A stretch of 63,416 bases of DNA, filler included, from Aduncisulcus paluster (Eukaryota), in assembly GCA_024181965.1 (NCBI GenBank). It is 10 parts of 10 records of this genome, joined end to end, with 100 filler letters (N's around TTAATTAATTAA, not from the genome) between each part and the next. Parts side by side here need not be neighbours in the genome. Positions count along the whole stretch, not along the records: positions 26,692 to 43,495 come from BQXS01011848.1; positions 43,596 to 45,700 come from BQXS01011849.1; positions 45,801 to 48,197 come from BQXS01011850.1; 7 more parts are not named here. One strand, given 5' to 3'. The notes beneath the pieces were generated by a model. It had not been told where the DNA came from, did no database searches, and saw only the letters and a list, made by a program, of their open reading frames with translations. The position numbers and the translations under genes were made by a program. This document shows positions 35,201-48,297 of the stretch, in pieces. Within the stretch, counting starts at the first letter, position 1. Each line of letters begins with the position of its first letter.

Positions 35201-38200
35201 AAAGCTCTAGACAAGCATCAATGGAATTGCCGAGAGCATTAAACTCAGTAATGGTGCCAAGATCACACACAGTGTCAGAGAGATCAACACTGCCATCAAT
35301 GTACTGACAAGTATCGAACAAGGTCTCAACCTCAGCGATAGTGGCATCCCCAATGTTAGATAGAGAGTAGTTGACAATCTCAGCCCCACAAGAGGCCTTA
35401 GGATATGTCCGAGCACTCACACTGCATGTGGCTTCATCGAGAGGATCAACACAGGTGATTGTGGGGACGGCAGAGGTAAGACAACAGAGTCCAGAGTCAT
35501 ACATGTACTCTATACATATGTCATACAAGTCGGATCTGGGTTCAGTAGACGACTGGAAGGAATTACAGGTGGCTGTCCCATTCCCATCAGTCCCATCGCC
35601 ACAGTATGTCTCGATTATAGTGTCAATATCGGGGTTTTCATCAACCTTTGTCATAGCATTCAGGATATTGAGTGCAGCAAAGTCATCAGCATTGAAAGCC
35701 TCAGTACATTCATCCGCTTGATCAGCGTCAAGACCGAATATGATACAACAGGTAGCGAGTCCATTCGTGTTTACGATAACGGAGTCTACTTTCACACTTA
35801 GATCGGTGTAGCACGTATCATAGCCACTAATGTTCTTGTCTTCACTCCCAAGGGCATTATAAGTAGTGCAAGTATCAGCCATATCGTCAGGAACAGAGTC
35901 GGCGGTACAACAGAGAGGATTGGGATAGTCATAGCTCTCACAACAACTATCAAGATCACCGGACTCACTATAACATTCATAGAAATTCCAGCCAGAGGTA
36001 TCAACAGCACACCCATCAATACTGGGATTGAGATAACACTCACACTCCTCACTAAATGAGCCATAAGCATCATCTTCACAAGGATTACCAGTTATTTCCT
36101 TGATTACGACGTTATCAAGATCATCAAAATCAGAATAGGACACGCCACAATCCGTTGAATCCATATAAGGATCAATAGAACAGGAACAGAGTACAGCATT
36201 CCCAAATGGATCCGAATAACATAGAGGATCGGTGTTGTCTTCGAAGACTGCATCAGCAGTGTCAGGATCATCAGAGCCAGCAATAACATCAGCCAGCCAA
36301 CCACCTTCGTACGAAATGGCATAATCAGAGAGGACAATACCAGTATCGGTCTCAAACGCACTCAGGAAGGTATCAGCGTCCGAGGCATAGTAATCGTNNN
36401 NNNNNNNNNNNNNNNNNCAGTTATTTCCTTGATTACGACGTTATCAAGATCATCAAAATCAGAATAGGACACGCCACAATCCGTTGAATCCATATAAGGA
36501 TCAATAGAACAGGAACAGAGTACAGCATTCCCAAATGGATCCGAATAACATAGAGGATCGGTGTTGTCTTCGAAGACTGCATCAGCAGTGTCAGGATCAT
36601 CAGAGCCAGCAATAACATCAGCCAGCCAACCACCTTCGTACGAAATGGCATAATCAGAGAGGACAATACCAGTATCGGTCTCAAACGCACTCAGGAAGGT
36701 ATCAGCGTCCGAGGCATAGTAATCGTCGGAGCTGGATTCATCATTCACACTAACATTGGCATCCCATGCCGCAGAACTCACAGAATCCACGAAATCTGTG
36801 CTCATACTAGGGCAGTAAGTCTGACTATCGATTGTGTAGCACATGTGGACCGTGTTAGTGTTATAATCATTCCCATAATCCGCAGTACAATCGTTCAGGA
36901 CAAATGGGATGAGGGCAGCATACTTGGTGGCTAGATCATCATCAGTGGCACCATCAGGGATTGTCAAGAAGCTCTTCATCTTGCGGGATGTTGGCAAGAG
37001 TTCAAGACTTGCGTTTTTCTGATACGAAGCACTGGCTTCAAGCACGAATCCTCCTCCTGTGGAAGCTGTACACTTGGACAAAATCAGGGGATATTTGGAC
37101 ACTGAACCGTCATTCACATAATCCTCAAGGGTCTTTGTCTTATCAGGCCGAGCAGAATCAACTCCAAAGTCCTTCACAAAGACAGGGGAAGCAGTATAGA
37201 AGGCACCACCGCCGATAGCTGTACATTGGTCAAAAGTGACATAATCGAAGTAAAAGTCGTGCTCAATTCCAACATCGGCATCAATTTGAAGAGCTCCACC
37301 ACGGTAGGCTTTACATTTGGTGAAAGCAGCACGCTTGAGACCGAACTGGACAGTCACATCGATATCACAAGTAGGGGGAATAGAACCTGTAAAATGGAGA
37401 GGAGACTTCCAACTTGACACATTAATATTGGAGAAATCGATAGAACGAGCAGTGTAGACGGCATCAGGCGTCATGTGGCACATAGCACCATCAACAGTCA
37501 AGAATGGAGATCCATCGGAGTTAATGATATTATCAGCAACAATTTGTCCAGGTTTACCCATTTGAGAATCAACTGAAAACTCAATATCTCCGTTCACAAT
37601 GATGGCAACGTTTTGCATACTACTATCTGAAACAGCCTCAATGTAGGTACCTGGGAGCATTTGAAGGGTACCAACAATTGTTAGCGTTGTTTCTTCATAT
37701 AGATACACACCATAAGGGATCAAAGATGGGTAAGAGACACGGACTCGAGAAGACGTAATACTCACATTTCTCATTATGAGAGGATCGTCAGATTTAGCAA
37801 TTTTAATTTTAGCATTGCTAATTGACAAATTCATAAAGGTAGTATCCTTATAAAATGTTATATCACTTGTTCCATCTCCGGCGAAAGTAAAATCTCTCAA
37901 CACAGCAGTAGTTTGGAAATCTAAGGCCGAAACAAAAGAAACTATAAAGGAATTAACAGCATTTGGACATATTAGATATGTAGGAACCGAGTCGAAGATG
38001 ATAGGATTGTCCGAAGAATTTACATAGGTTAAATAGACATCAGAATATGTAGATTTTGCACAGGCTTCAGCAAATTCATTCATAATTTCACATGTAACAC
38101 TGGAACATTGCCTATTTGTATCATCGATGGAGATATTGATGGTTGTCGAATCAACACAAAATGCTTGTTGAATTAGAAGGAAACTAATAAATATTACAAA

Positions 38201-38221
38201 AAGAGAAACAAACAATTTCAT
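32218..38221 (-). CDS. Large secreted-type multi-pass membrane protein: Pmp/pectin-lyase-like GGA repeats, Cys/Asp-rich region, furin-like Cys repeats, about 7 TM helices. One gene split by two 20-N gaps.
   Basis: Signal peptide MKLFVSLFVIFISFLLIQQAFC; YRGGAL, IGGGAFY, TGGGFV; CQICPDGANCHDGG...GYW; CAEGHSGSVCLVCDEGW. The three ORFs overlap through the duplicated gap flanks. Confidence 0.85.
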
Positions 38222-38447
38222 GAACTTATTTTTCCCTTCTGTTTAGGCATACAATACATGTGTTTCTATGATTTGTTTTCGGTTCGAGCCAACCGACTTT
38301 TTCGGATTTATTGGTGCGGAATCTGATGAAACAATTTCAAATCGTGATTTGATTTACAATCTCTGTTTATATCATTTTTCATTTGTTTAGACCTGTTTAT
38401 TTATTTGAATTACCTGTCCATAGAAATAGTGACAATTTAAAATTGTC

Positions 38448-41400
38448 TCATCCAATATCTTCAAAGATATCCACATCATCAATATCTGCCTCAACGAATA
38501 CCTTCTTTTGTCTCCTTCTTGGCCTTTCTCTTGGAATGCACACGACTCTCTGTGTGTGAGGCATACACACAGGGAAAGAAGAAACTGGCGAAGATAGCAT
38601 TGACTGGGATGAAGGGAACTCGGGAGATGAGAAACAACCCGAGGAATCCTTTAGTTGTTCCTTGCCAATGCCAGTGGAATAGTCAGTGAGTTCTTGGCGC
38701 CTCTGTGGATACTGGAAGGGTTCATCATCCAAATGTTTATGATGATGTTGACCATTTCCTTGATCAGTTGAAACCAATGATGCATCATCTCTCTCTTTCA
38801 TGAGGGAAAGCTGGTTCAGAACTATTTTCTGGACAAGATCAGATCCAACCGTTGAGGACAACACTTCACGAATGTGCGCAGACATCTTCTCAGTTAAAAT
38901 GACAGACCCTTCTTGTTCTTGTTCTTCTCCCTTCTTCTTCATAATACCTTGCATTTGATCTGCCATCAAGGATGATATTTCCTTCATTTTAGCCTTCAAA
39001 GAGGTAGAGAGGGACTGAGAGAATGACGTGATCACATCCTTTTGATACTCAAATCCCTTCGACATCTCACCCAGGATGGTGGCACTCTGTGTCTCTGCTT
39101 GTTGATCCAGTTTGGACACAATAAGCGATTGCAACGACGATTCAAGACTTGACACCCTCGAATCTATTTGTTTGGAGGAGGATTCCTTAATAGATGAGAG
39201 AATATGTTGAAAAGAAGGAGATAAGGAGTCAGACAAAGAGTCAGATAAAGAGCTAAGAGTCTTGGTGACATCTTCACGAATAGAACCCACACTTTTTTCA
39301 AGCTCTTTCCGAAGACATTCAAGCGAACTCACGTGTCTGGAGGAGAGATTGGTTGATAATAATGAATAACGATCACTAATTTCATCAAATTTCTTCTTTT
39401 TATACTCATGATGCTCTGTCATTCGTCTCAAAAGTTCTGCTGGTAGAGAGGGACTGAGAGAATGACGTGATCACATCCTTTTGATACTCAAATCCCTTCG
39501 ACATCTCACCCAGGATGGTGGCACTCTGTGTCTCTGCTTGTTGATCCAGTTTGGACACAATAAGCGATTGCAACGACGATTCAAGACTTGTCAAAGAGGT
39601 AGAGAGGGACTGAGAGAATGACGTGATCACATCCTTTTGATACTCAAATCCCTTCGACATCTCACCCAGGATGGTGGCACTCTGTGTCTCTGCTTGTTGA
39701 TCCAGTTTGGACACAATAAGCGATTGCAACGACGATTCAAGACTTGACACCCTCGAATCTATTTGTTTGGAGGAGGATTCCTTAATAGATGAGAGAATAT
39801 GTTGAAAAGAAGGAGATAAGGAGTCAGACAAAGAGTCAGATAAAGAGCTAAGAGTCTTGGTGACATCTTCACGAATAGAACCCACACTTTTTTCAAGCTC
39901 TTTCCGAAGACATTCAAGCGAACTCACGTGTCTGGAGGAGAGATTGGTTGATAATAATGAATAACGATCACTAATTTCATCAAATTTCTTCTTTTTATAC
40001 TCATGATGCTCTCATCTCACCCAGGATGGTGGCACTCTGTGTCTCTGCTTGTTGATCCAGTTTGGACACAATAAGCGATTGCAACGACGATTCAAGACTT
40101 GACACCCTCGAATCTATTTGTTTGGAGGAGGATTCCTTAATAGATGAGAGATATGTTGAAAAGAAGGAGATAAGGAGTCAGACAAAGAGTCAGATAAAGA
40201 GCTAAGAGTCTTGGTGACATCTTCACGAATAGAACCCACACTTTTTTCAAGCTCTTTCCGAAGACATTCAAGCGAACTCACGTGTCTGGAGGAGAGATTG
40301 GTTGATAATAATGAATAACGATCACTAATTTCATCAAATTTCTTCTTTTTATACTCATGATGCTCTGTCATTCGTCTCAAAAGTTCTGCTTTGGTTTCAG
40401 AAAACTTACATTCGAGCTCAGATTGCCATTTGAGCCAGGAAGAGTGATCTGCACGGAATTGAGCCAAAACATCCTCATATTCTTTTCGTTGCTGTATCTG
40501 TTGTGATGCATGATCAGTCTGTAATTGTTTCAATGCCCTTTCACTCCGTTGGATGTGTGTGAGAATAGAGGATTCGAGAGAAGACTGAACTTCCTTCATT
40601 GACGAAGGAATATCAGAGAGTTTAGTAATAATAGGCTTAGCAAGAGCAGATAAAGACGATATTTCAGTCATAATATTCGTATAAATATGATTACGGCGCT
40701 CTTTCTCAAGAGACCTTTCCTTCTGCAAAGTTTCAATTCGAGAAGAAAAAGTTTCGATAAATGATTTAATATCTGATGAGTATTGTTCAGATGCAGAAAT
40801 AACGAGCGATTTAAGACCTTGAATGTGTTCGACCATTTCTTTTAGTGAAGAATTATCAGATTTGATACTCACCCCCTTTGACCGAAGTTCCGACTTTAAT
40901 TTAACGATATCTTGGTAGATAGAGGATATTGAACTTTGGATTGAAGCGGTATTCTTTACACCAATCACAACTTGGTCAATATCTTGATCAATATGGGAGA
41001 GACGATCATAATTCCGTTTTAACCATTCATCACCAGTTGAAAGAGAAGATATGGTTTTGGAAAGTGTAGATTCCAATCCTTTGACCGATTTTTTCAAGAA
41101 TTCAAGGGACCAATTAATATATGAATCCCGATCTTTTTTGATACTGGTATCTTTTTTAATAGTTTGACTTGAACCTGACGAAGATATGGGCGTTGAGGAG
41201 CGTGGTTGAGAAGAAACTACATGATTGCTACTACTGAAGGAGGGAATAGGTTGAGATAATGATACTGATGTAGTTGACTTATCGAGAGGAATAGGTTTTG
41301 ATATCTTACTACTTTTCTTTTTATGACGTTTTTTCTTTCGGGATATTGGTTGAAATGATAAGGATGCAGCATGTTTCGATGGTATGGGAGATTCGCGTTG

Positions 41401-41610
41401 ATAGGAAGGATGAACATGGGGAAAAGGTTGAGATGAAATTTGACGGTTGGAAAACCGACTATATTGCGAACTAAACCTATCTTGTCTGGAAAAACAAACA
41501 AGCGCAAAGACATGAAATCGATGAAGGTAGAAAAATAAGTGATACAATTCAGAAAGGAGAAAAAGAGCCAAACATAAAACAATATGAACATACGATTTTG
41601 AATATTCCAT
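38448..41610 (-). CDS. Ser-rich / coiled-coil hypothetical protein whose middle is mis-assembled
   Basis: ORF 40114..41610 ends in LRRMTEHHEY..., which is the start of ORF 38448..39431. The sequence between them is made of partial copies of the same gene. Confidence 0.75.
39002..40390. repeat. Tangled near-identical partial duplications, a probable local mis-assembly
   Basis: Blocks beginning gtagagagggactgagagaatg and catctcacccaggatggtggc recur three to four times with abrupt junctions and frame breaks. Confidence 0.8.
41486..41593 (-). other. Probable 108-nt in-frame intron (GTATGT...TTTTCCAG)
   Basis: Canonical ends and a T-rich body. Splicing gives MEYSKS-QDRFSSQ and removes an implausible F/L-rich stretch. 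Confidence 0.6.
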
Positions 41611-41944
41611 CCAATCAAGAATAAAATAGAAGAGTGGATAATGGATGGACGATCTATCAAAGTTCCACCAATGTAGTTAACTTCATAGTTTTTAACGAAA
41701 ATAACCAAAACAATTCGAAATAAGAAATTAATTGCATCATCAATCAATAATTCATCAAATACTTATTTTAAAATTGGATATTCGGGCCAAAATTGCCCAA
41801 AAAAGAAATTACAAGCCAAGAGTTTATTAAATATTAAAATTACAAATAAATATTGCTATTTAAGGAATATTGAAGTTTATATTTGATATATGTGAGCCTT
41901 GATGTTGTCAGAGGATTAGTTTCTGTTTTTGACAGGTTTGAAAA

Positions 41945-43495
41945 ATGAATTCCCCTTGGGAAGGGGTAAAAAAAGTTTTAGAAAAACATCAAGATGGTTT
42001 TGTTGAGTTAGATTCTTTTGTTCAGCAGTGTGGACAGTCTCTGACAAAAGTTCGTCCTCTACTCGATACATTTGAATCATCTATTGATTCTATTAAAGAA
42101 ATAATAATGAAAAGTGATAGCACAATGGATAAAATTGATAGTGGTCCCTCTCAGCCGTTTCAGTTTCCATATGAGCAATCGGAGTGCAGCGTTTTTCAGA
42201 AATGGGTGAAACAGAATTCAGGAGAATCCAATGTATCAATGCATTCTCTCTCCAGTCGAATTAAAGAAATAGATGTTCTCATTAAGGAAGGGAAAACATC
42301 AAAGGCCCTCGATTCGACTCCTTCTCTTTTATTCAACATTCGTCAAAGATTGGTTAAAAGCCGAGCATCACTAAACCTTAAACATATATACTCTGAAGCA
42401 AATGATCTTCTCCACAAAGCTGTCGTTCTTAAGGTAGAAAAAATTGCAAGATTTTGTCAGACAATTAACCCTCGTTCTTCCTCGGCAATCCTTCAGGTAT
42501 CAAGATTGAAAAAGATGTGGAAAAGTATTATTTGCATGGGTTATCATCGACTCCTGACCCATTCTGTGCTCGGTGCAATATATCAACATTTGTGTGAAGA
42601 TTTAAAACTTTCTCACGGATCTGCACAATCTATTCTTAGCTCTCTTCTTACTCACATTCAGTTTGGTGAGAAGTTATGCATTGAACTCCAAAATGATTCA
42701 TCTGCCGGAAGTGGTCCTTCCTATCGCTCCCTATCTCAAGTCTCAACTCCAACTCTACGGGATCCTGTAGAAAGGACCCCTTCCCATTTGCACGATCACC
42801 ATGGATCTGTACTTGCGAAATCAACCAAGCCAGTAGATTCTAGTATTGGTAGACAGCCAGATCGAGGATCCACTTCTTCCTCCTCTTCCTCTTCCTCTTC
42901 CTCCTCTTCCTCCTCCTCTACGACTTCTTCCTCTTCGTTGCACCCCTCTAGTTCGTCCTCCGGTCCATCTCCCTATTCCGGATCATCCTTAAGTTCAATC
43001 ACTTCCTCTATATCCCACTTAAAACATCGCAGGAGAAAGGCTCCTTCATTTACCCTTCAACACACAAACTATAGAGCAGGTGGTGGTGGAGGTAATGGTA
43101 GACAGAGGAATCTAAATTTAGAAAGTGAGAAAGACAAACTAAGAAAGTCAATTGGCGAGAAAGTCAGTCAACACCACCATCATGACTCATCATCCTCCTT
43201 TGATCCAGCTGAGACAATACCTGGTGAAACCTCTGACACACACACATCTTCTCGTGTTAGTGTTATTGGAGAAGGTGAATTCCCTGGTGGTCCGAATACG
43301 TATGTTTCCTCTTCCCCTATTCCAAAGATCCATGTCACGTCCCCCCTTGGCAGTGAGATTCCCATATCGCTCGAGTCCTCCCTGCAACATCCCTCAGCAT
43401 CAGGACCATCAACAGGGTTTGAGAGGAAAGGGAGCCTTGGAATGGCATCAGCTCAACAATCCGGTGTCATTCGTCTCAAAAGTTCTGCTTTGGTT
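41945..43495 (+). CDS. Helical protein with a Ser-rich tail, weakly Exo84/CATCHR-like, 3' partial
   Basis: IKEIDVLIKEGKTSKALD...LKKMWKSIICMG resembles the Exo84 pattern ELDVLIAERxFxEAL...AxxxLxRLG. This is a by-eye resemblance only. Confidence 0.55.
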
Positions 43496-43595
43496 NNNNN
43501 NNNNNNNNNNNNNNNNNNNNNNNNNNNNNNNNNNNNNNNTTAATTAATTAANNNNNNNNNNNNNNNNNNNNNNNNNNNNNNNNNNNNNNNNNNNN

Positions 43596-44494
43596 TGTAC
43601 AAATTCATTGCCAAGAAATTCGGTACCGAGCAAATCAGTGCCCCCGTTCCCTGCATGAACGTTATCAACGGTGGATCTCACGCCGGTAACGCTCTCCCTA
43701 TGCAAGAATACATGATTGCTCCTGCTGGTGCTAAAGATTTCGTTGAGGCTATGAAGATGGCCACTGAAACATACCACCACCTCAAGAGCATCATCAAGGC
43801 TAAGTACGGTCTCGATGCCACCAACGTTGGTGCTGAGGGTGGATTCGCTCCTCCTCTTCTCGATGTTGAAGAGCCTCTTCGTCTCCTTGTTGCTGCTATT
43901 GACAAGGCTGGATACACTGGAAAGATCAAGATCTGTATGGATGTTGCTGCTTCTGAATTCTACGTTGATGGAAAGTACGATCTCGGAAAGTGGGCCGACA
44001 AGCCTAACATTGTTACTGGTGAGGAATTGACTGCTCTTTACCTTGACTGGACTGAGCGTTACCCCATTGTTTCTATTGAGGACCCATTCGATCAGATGGA
44101 TATCAAGAACTGGGCTCACTGTGTCGCCAAGATGCCCAAGCACGTTCAAATTGTTGCTGACGATCTTTCCGTTACCCAGAAGGAGCGTATTGAGTGGATC
44201 ATCAAGGAGAAGGGTGCCACCGCTCTTTTGCTCAAGATCAACCAGTGTGGTTCCATCACTGACTCCTTCGATGCCGTTAAGACTGCTCTCTCTGACAAGT
44301 GGGCTGTTATGGCTTCTCACAGATCCGGTGAGACCGAAGATGTCTTCATTGCTCACCTCGTTGTTGGTCTTGGTGTTGGTCAGATCAAGACTGGTGCTCC
44401 TTGCAGATCTGAGCGTGTTGCCAAGTACAACGAAATCTTGAGGATTGTTGAGGATGAACCTGACATGCCTTACGGTTTCCCTGCCTGGAAGTAA
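43596..44494 (+). CDS. ENO: Enolase, 5' partial
   Basis: [68 protein letters not shown]. Strong codon bias. Confidence 0.98.
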
Positions 44495-45042
44495 ATTTAA
44501 CCATATGTAGCTGGCACATTGCCAGTATTGTGTGTATTGTGTCACTTTCAAGAAGTTTTTAGGAGCCATCCTGAATGAAATACCTTCTTTACTTCAAAAT
44601 TGCTATTTTCAGGAAGTCTATCAGTGTACCAAAATTGGTACCAATCAAAGATTGATAAAACTTTTATCATAAAAGTTGGTTCAAAGCGATATTATCTCCA
44701 TGAAGATGAATTATTAAACCCCCTCATAATAATAATAATAATAATATCATGAGAATAATGATCAACCATTTTGGATTAAAGCGATAATAATTTAAAATTG
44801 AAAAAAATAGAGAGATCTAAAAAACAAACAAGAAACCTATTCTTCTTTCACCTCAAATTCTTTGTTGGAAAGCTATACAAATGGAAACAAAGATCCATAG
44901 AAAACAAACACTAGAAAAGAACGAAAATATAAATAAACCATCAAAGAAACAAAGTCAAGAAAAACCCAAGATAGAAGATCTTTATGATCCCAAATTGGAA
45001 ACCACATCATCAAAAGGCACATTAATCTTTTTTTTTCTTTTA

Positions 45043-45700
45043 TCAACGTCCACAAGCACCCTTTTTCGAAACAGATTTCAATGGGAGTCCTTCTGTTTCT
45101 CTCGTTAGAAATGAATCAGACGAGTCCTCTTCTTGGTCTTCAAGAGGTTTGACAACCATTTTTTGAATCAACTGAATAAACAACTTGAACGCATCAGAAG
45201 TGTTTTTCCCAGTAAGAGCTGATGTTTCGAGGAAGGCAAAACCATGCCTTTCACACCATACCTCAGCTTCAGCGGTTGGAACAGTTCTAAGGTGTCCATG
45301 GTCTGACTTATTCCCAAGAACCATGATAGGCATTTCAGAAAGGGAAAACTCGCAGTGTGCTTGCATCTCACTGACCCAATAATCAAGATCCAAGAAAGAC
45401 TTCCGATCAGTAATATCATAAACTAGAACAGCACCACGAGATTTACGATAGTAACTTCTAACGATAGCTCTGAACTTCTCTTGGCCTCCTGAATCATAAA
45501 ATGTAATGGTAACATCCTTGCCATCCATTTTTTCTTTCCTTATGTACGTTTCCACACCAGCAGTTGATCCGAAAGTGCTGAAAAACCTGTCGGATTGATA
45601 TCTTTCTAGAACACATGTTTTTCCAACTCCTGAATTTCCCAAGAAAATGACGCGTATTCCCAGTTTTTCAATATCATAGACGGGTTTGTGAGAAGATTTA
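45043..45700 (-). CDS. Divergent Rab-family GTPase, 5' partial
   Basis: GNSGVGKT (P-loop), YDSGGQEKF (G3), RSYYR, GNKSD (G4), ETSA (G5), C-terminal GACGR. Confidence 0.92.
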
Positions 45701-45800
45701 NNNNNNNNNNNNNNNNNNNNNNNNNNNNNNNNNNNNNNNNNNNNTTAATTAATTAANNNNNNNNNNNNNNNNNNNNNNNNNNNNNNNNNNNNNNNNNNNN

Positions 45801-47390
45801 GAGCGAAGGAAGAGGAAGAAAGGAAACGTTTGGTTACTATATTGGAACCTGTATTTTCATCCTTATTGACTCAAATCGAGACTCAGAATGCTCTAATTTT
45901 GGAACAACAGAAGCATATCGAGACCTTAAATGCAGAATTGGAAGAGATAAGGTCTGATCAGATTCATAAAGATCAACTCCTTGACGAAGATAAAGAGAAA
46001 CGATTTGAATGGATGGGTCAACAAGATTCTTTGATTAAAGAGACACAGAGATCAATTCAATGCGTGTCGAACTCATTGGTTTCTCACGTTTCTACTATTT
46101 CGGCGCAGATTGATAAGCTTTTAGTTAGTGATGAGGGATTAAAAAAACACTTGGAAGGCGTCGATTTGAAGACCAAAGAACTTGCTTCTCGGAGAGGTGA
46201 AGAGCAAAAAATCATTGAAATCACCAAAGAAAAAACAGAAAAAAGGATGAAATCTATGGAAGTGACAATATTTGAAATCCAACAGGAATCTGAGAAATTT
46301 GTTTTGGATAATTCCCAGAAAATCAAAGATTTAGTTGCTTCGAATTCTACTCTCTGTTCTAAATTTGCTTCTATTTCAGACTCAAGTCAATCCCAACTTC
46401 AACAAATCAAAACTGATCTATCTGTTGTTCAGCAATCAGTATCTGATCTAAAAATAGATGTCAGAAGTGATCTTCAACCCTCAATGATGATCTCTATCTC
46501 ACATAGCGTCTCTTCTCTCCGTGACACTCGAATGAATACTTTCTCAAAATTACGTAATATGCTTGAGAAACTTTCAGATTGTGAGAAAGTATGGTCTTCA
46601 CTTGTAGCTACTGTAGAACCCTTGCAAAGTGGGACCATTGATTCTTTAAACCACGAGGAATTCGCTTTTGTTCTTCGAATTGCCAAAGCTGTTTTTGAAA
46701 GTTCCCTATCAACCTTTGGTCTTGAGATTCCTGAGCTTGAAGATGCATCCAGTGAGTGTTCTGAATGTGAATCTGAGGAACATGAGTGTTCATGCCATCA
46801 CACGGAATCAGAAGAATATTTGTTGTCTAAAGATTCACTTGTCTCCCTTTTTAAACAGGTATCAATTGAATACGCAAGTATTCAGAATTGTTTAAAAGTT
46901 TTGACAGACTTAATTTCCTCTTTTGAGGAAAATATTCGGAAATTGGTTCACAACACCGATGAAGAAGGGAGAAAGGGGAAGTGCGATCTTTTTATGAAAG
47001 CTTTTCTTGAGGAACATCAACTTTCTCAACAAATTGAGTCGTTTTTGAGAAGTTTCTCTTCCATCGATGATAGTACTGTTTCATCTCCAGTAGATGTTCA
47101 GTCAGACTCCAAAATGAAAATATATTGCTGTTTAATTGCATGTTATACGACATGTATGGGCTGTCAGCAACTATTTGATTTCATTGAAGAGAGAAGAAGA
47201 AGAATTGGAGGAAAAAAGAATCCAAGATGTCGAAAGGTACTCTGATTTGAAACAAAAACTTATTGAATTACAGGAAAGAGAGAAGATTTTGATTGATTCG
47301 GGAAGTATTGATGAATTGAAGCAAATTGAGGAAGAAGAAAGAAATGTAAAGGAGGAAATGTTGAAAGCAAGAGAATTACTGCATTTATAA
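45801..47390 (+). CDS. Coiled-coil hypothetical protein, 5' partial, +1 frameshift near 47190
   Basis: Heptad-rich ORF. ORF 47136..47390 supplies a natural coiled-coil C-terminus (EEEELEEKRIQDVERY...). Confidence 0.65.
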
Positions 47391-48297
47391 CGAGTATTGA
47401 GATGAAATGTGACTCTTTTCTAACTTTAAGTTGATTCTTATGAAGAATGTATTATTATTATTAATGAAATTCCCATGAAATTGAGGGAAAATATGTTAGA
47501 ACTCATTGTGTGGTATGGTAGCAAATATCCCGAAAATTTGATATATGTTTGAGTTTGATGTCATTTGGTGCGATATTTATATCGTAAATTGAATAATGAA
47601 TGAAGGAATAAATTTCCGTCCATCTCAAATTGAGATCTTCACTGAATATTCAACATGATTTTTGAAACCTCAAATGTCACACTGTTTGACCCCGGAACAA
47701 AGGGATTAATCATTTATCATTAATATTCCAGTTTGAATCTCGAAGTTTGAACCAACAGTGTTTAACACTCAATCAACCAATGACTCATCCTTTCAAGCAA
47801 CTGTGAAAGATTGACGGGAACATTCCTTGTGATTTACAACCTTTGAAAATCTTTATTATTGCCACCTCAACATATGAATCATCACTATCGATCCTGGAAC
47901 CAATAAGAGAACAATTATCGCGACATTAAGTCCAGGATAAACATTATCAATGGTGGAAATTTGCTTGATAACACACAGAACATCATCATTCAAGAACTTC
48001 AAGAAAGAGAAGCTAACCAGCTTCATTGTTTTCTTTCGACAATATTTCCATAAATCATGGATATTCCCATAATCTATCAATAATCTGTCAATAATCTGTC
48101 AATAAATGGTGGTGTTATTCATGAATAGAAAACACATTTCTAAAAATAGAAAATCTAAAAATAGAAAATTCAAAAAATACCTTGTCTTGAAATTGACNNN
48201 NNNNNNNNNNNNNNNNNNNNNNNNNNNNNNNNNNNNNNNNNTTAATTAATTAANNNNNNNNNNNNNNNNNNNNNNNNNNNNNNNNNNNNNNNNNNNN

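Noticed and set aside
14821..36726. Four ~270-310 bp direct repeats as tandem duplications, LTRs or template/variable repeat pairs
   Set aside because: Each pair flanks a 20-N gap, appears identical, and its removal restores a single ORF. These are unmerged contig overlaps.
38281..38296. Isolated B-box-like GGTTCGAGCC in an intergenic region
   Set aside because: There is no A-box or cloverleaf around it.
39002..40390. Nested repeats as a cassette-shuffling or antigenic-variation locus
   Set aside because: The copies are essentially identical with abrupt frame-breaking junctions, which is typical of mis-assembly.
43465..43495. 31-nt copy of 40366-40396 (tgtcattcgtctcaaaagttctgctttggtt) at the scaffold end as a terminal repeat or att site
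   Set aside because: It sits at the very end of the contig and matches the mis-assembled region, so it is most simply a chimeric contig end.
43544..44569. 341-aa antisense ORF over enolase and 224-aa antisense ORF (62390-63064) over RPL10A
   Set aside because: These are shadow ORFs produced by strong codon bias in highly expressed genes and contain no protein motifs.
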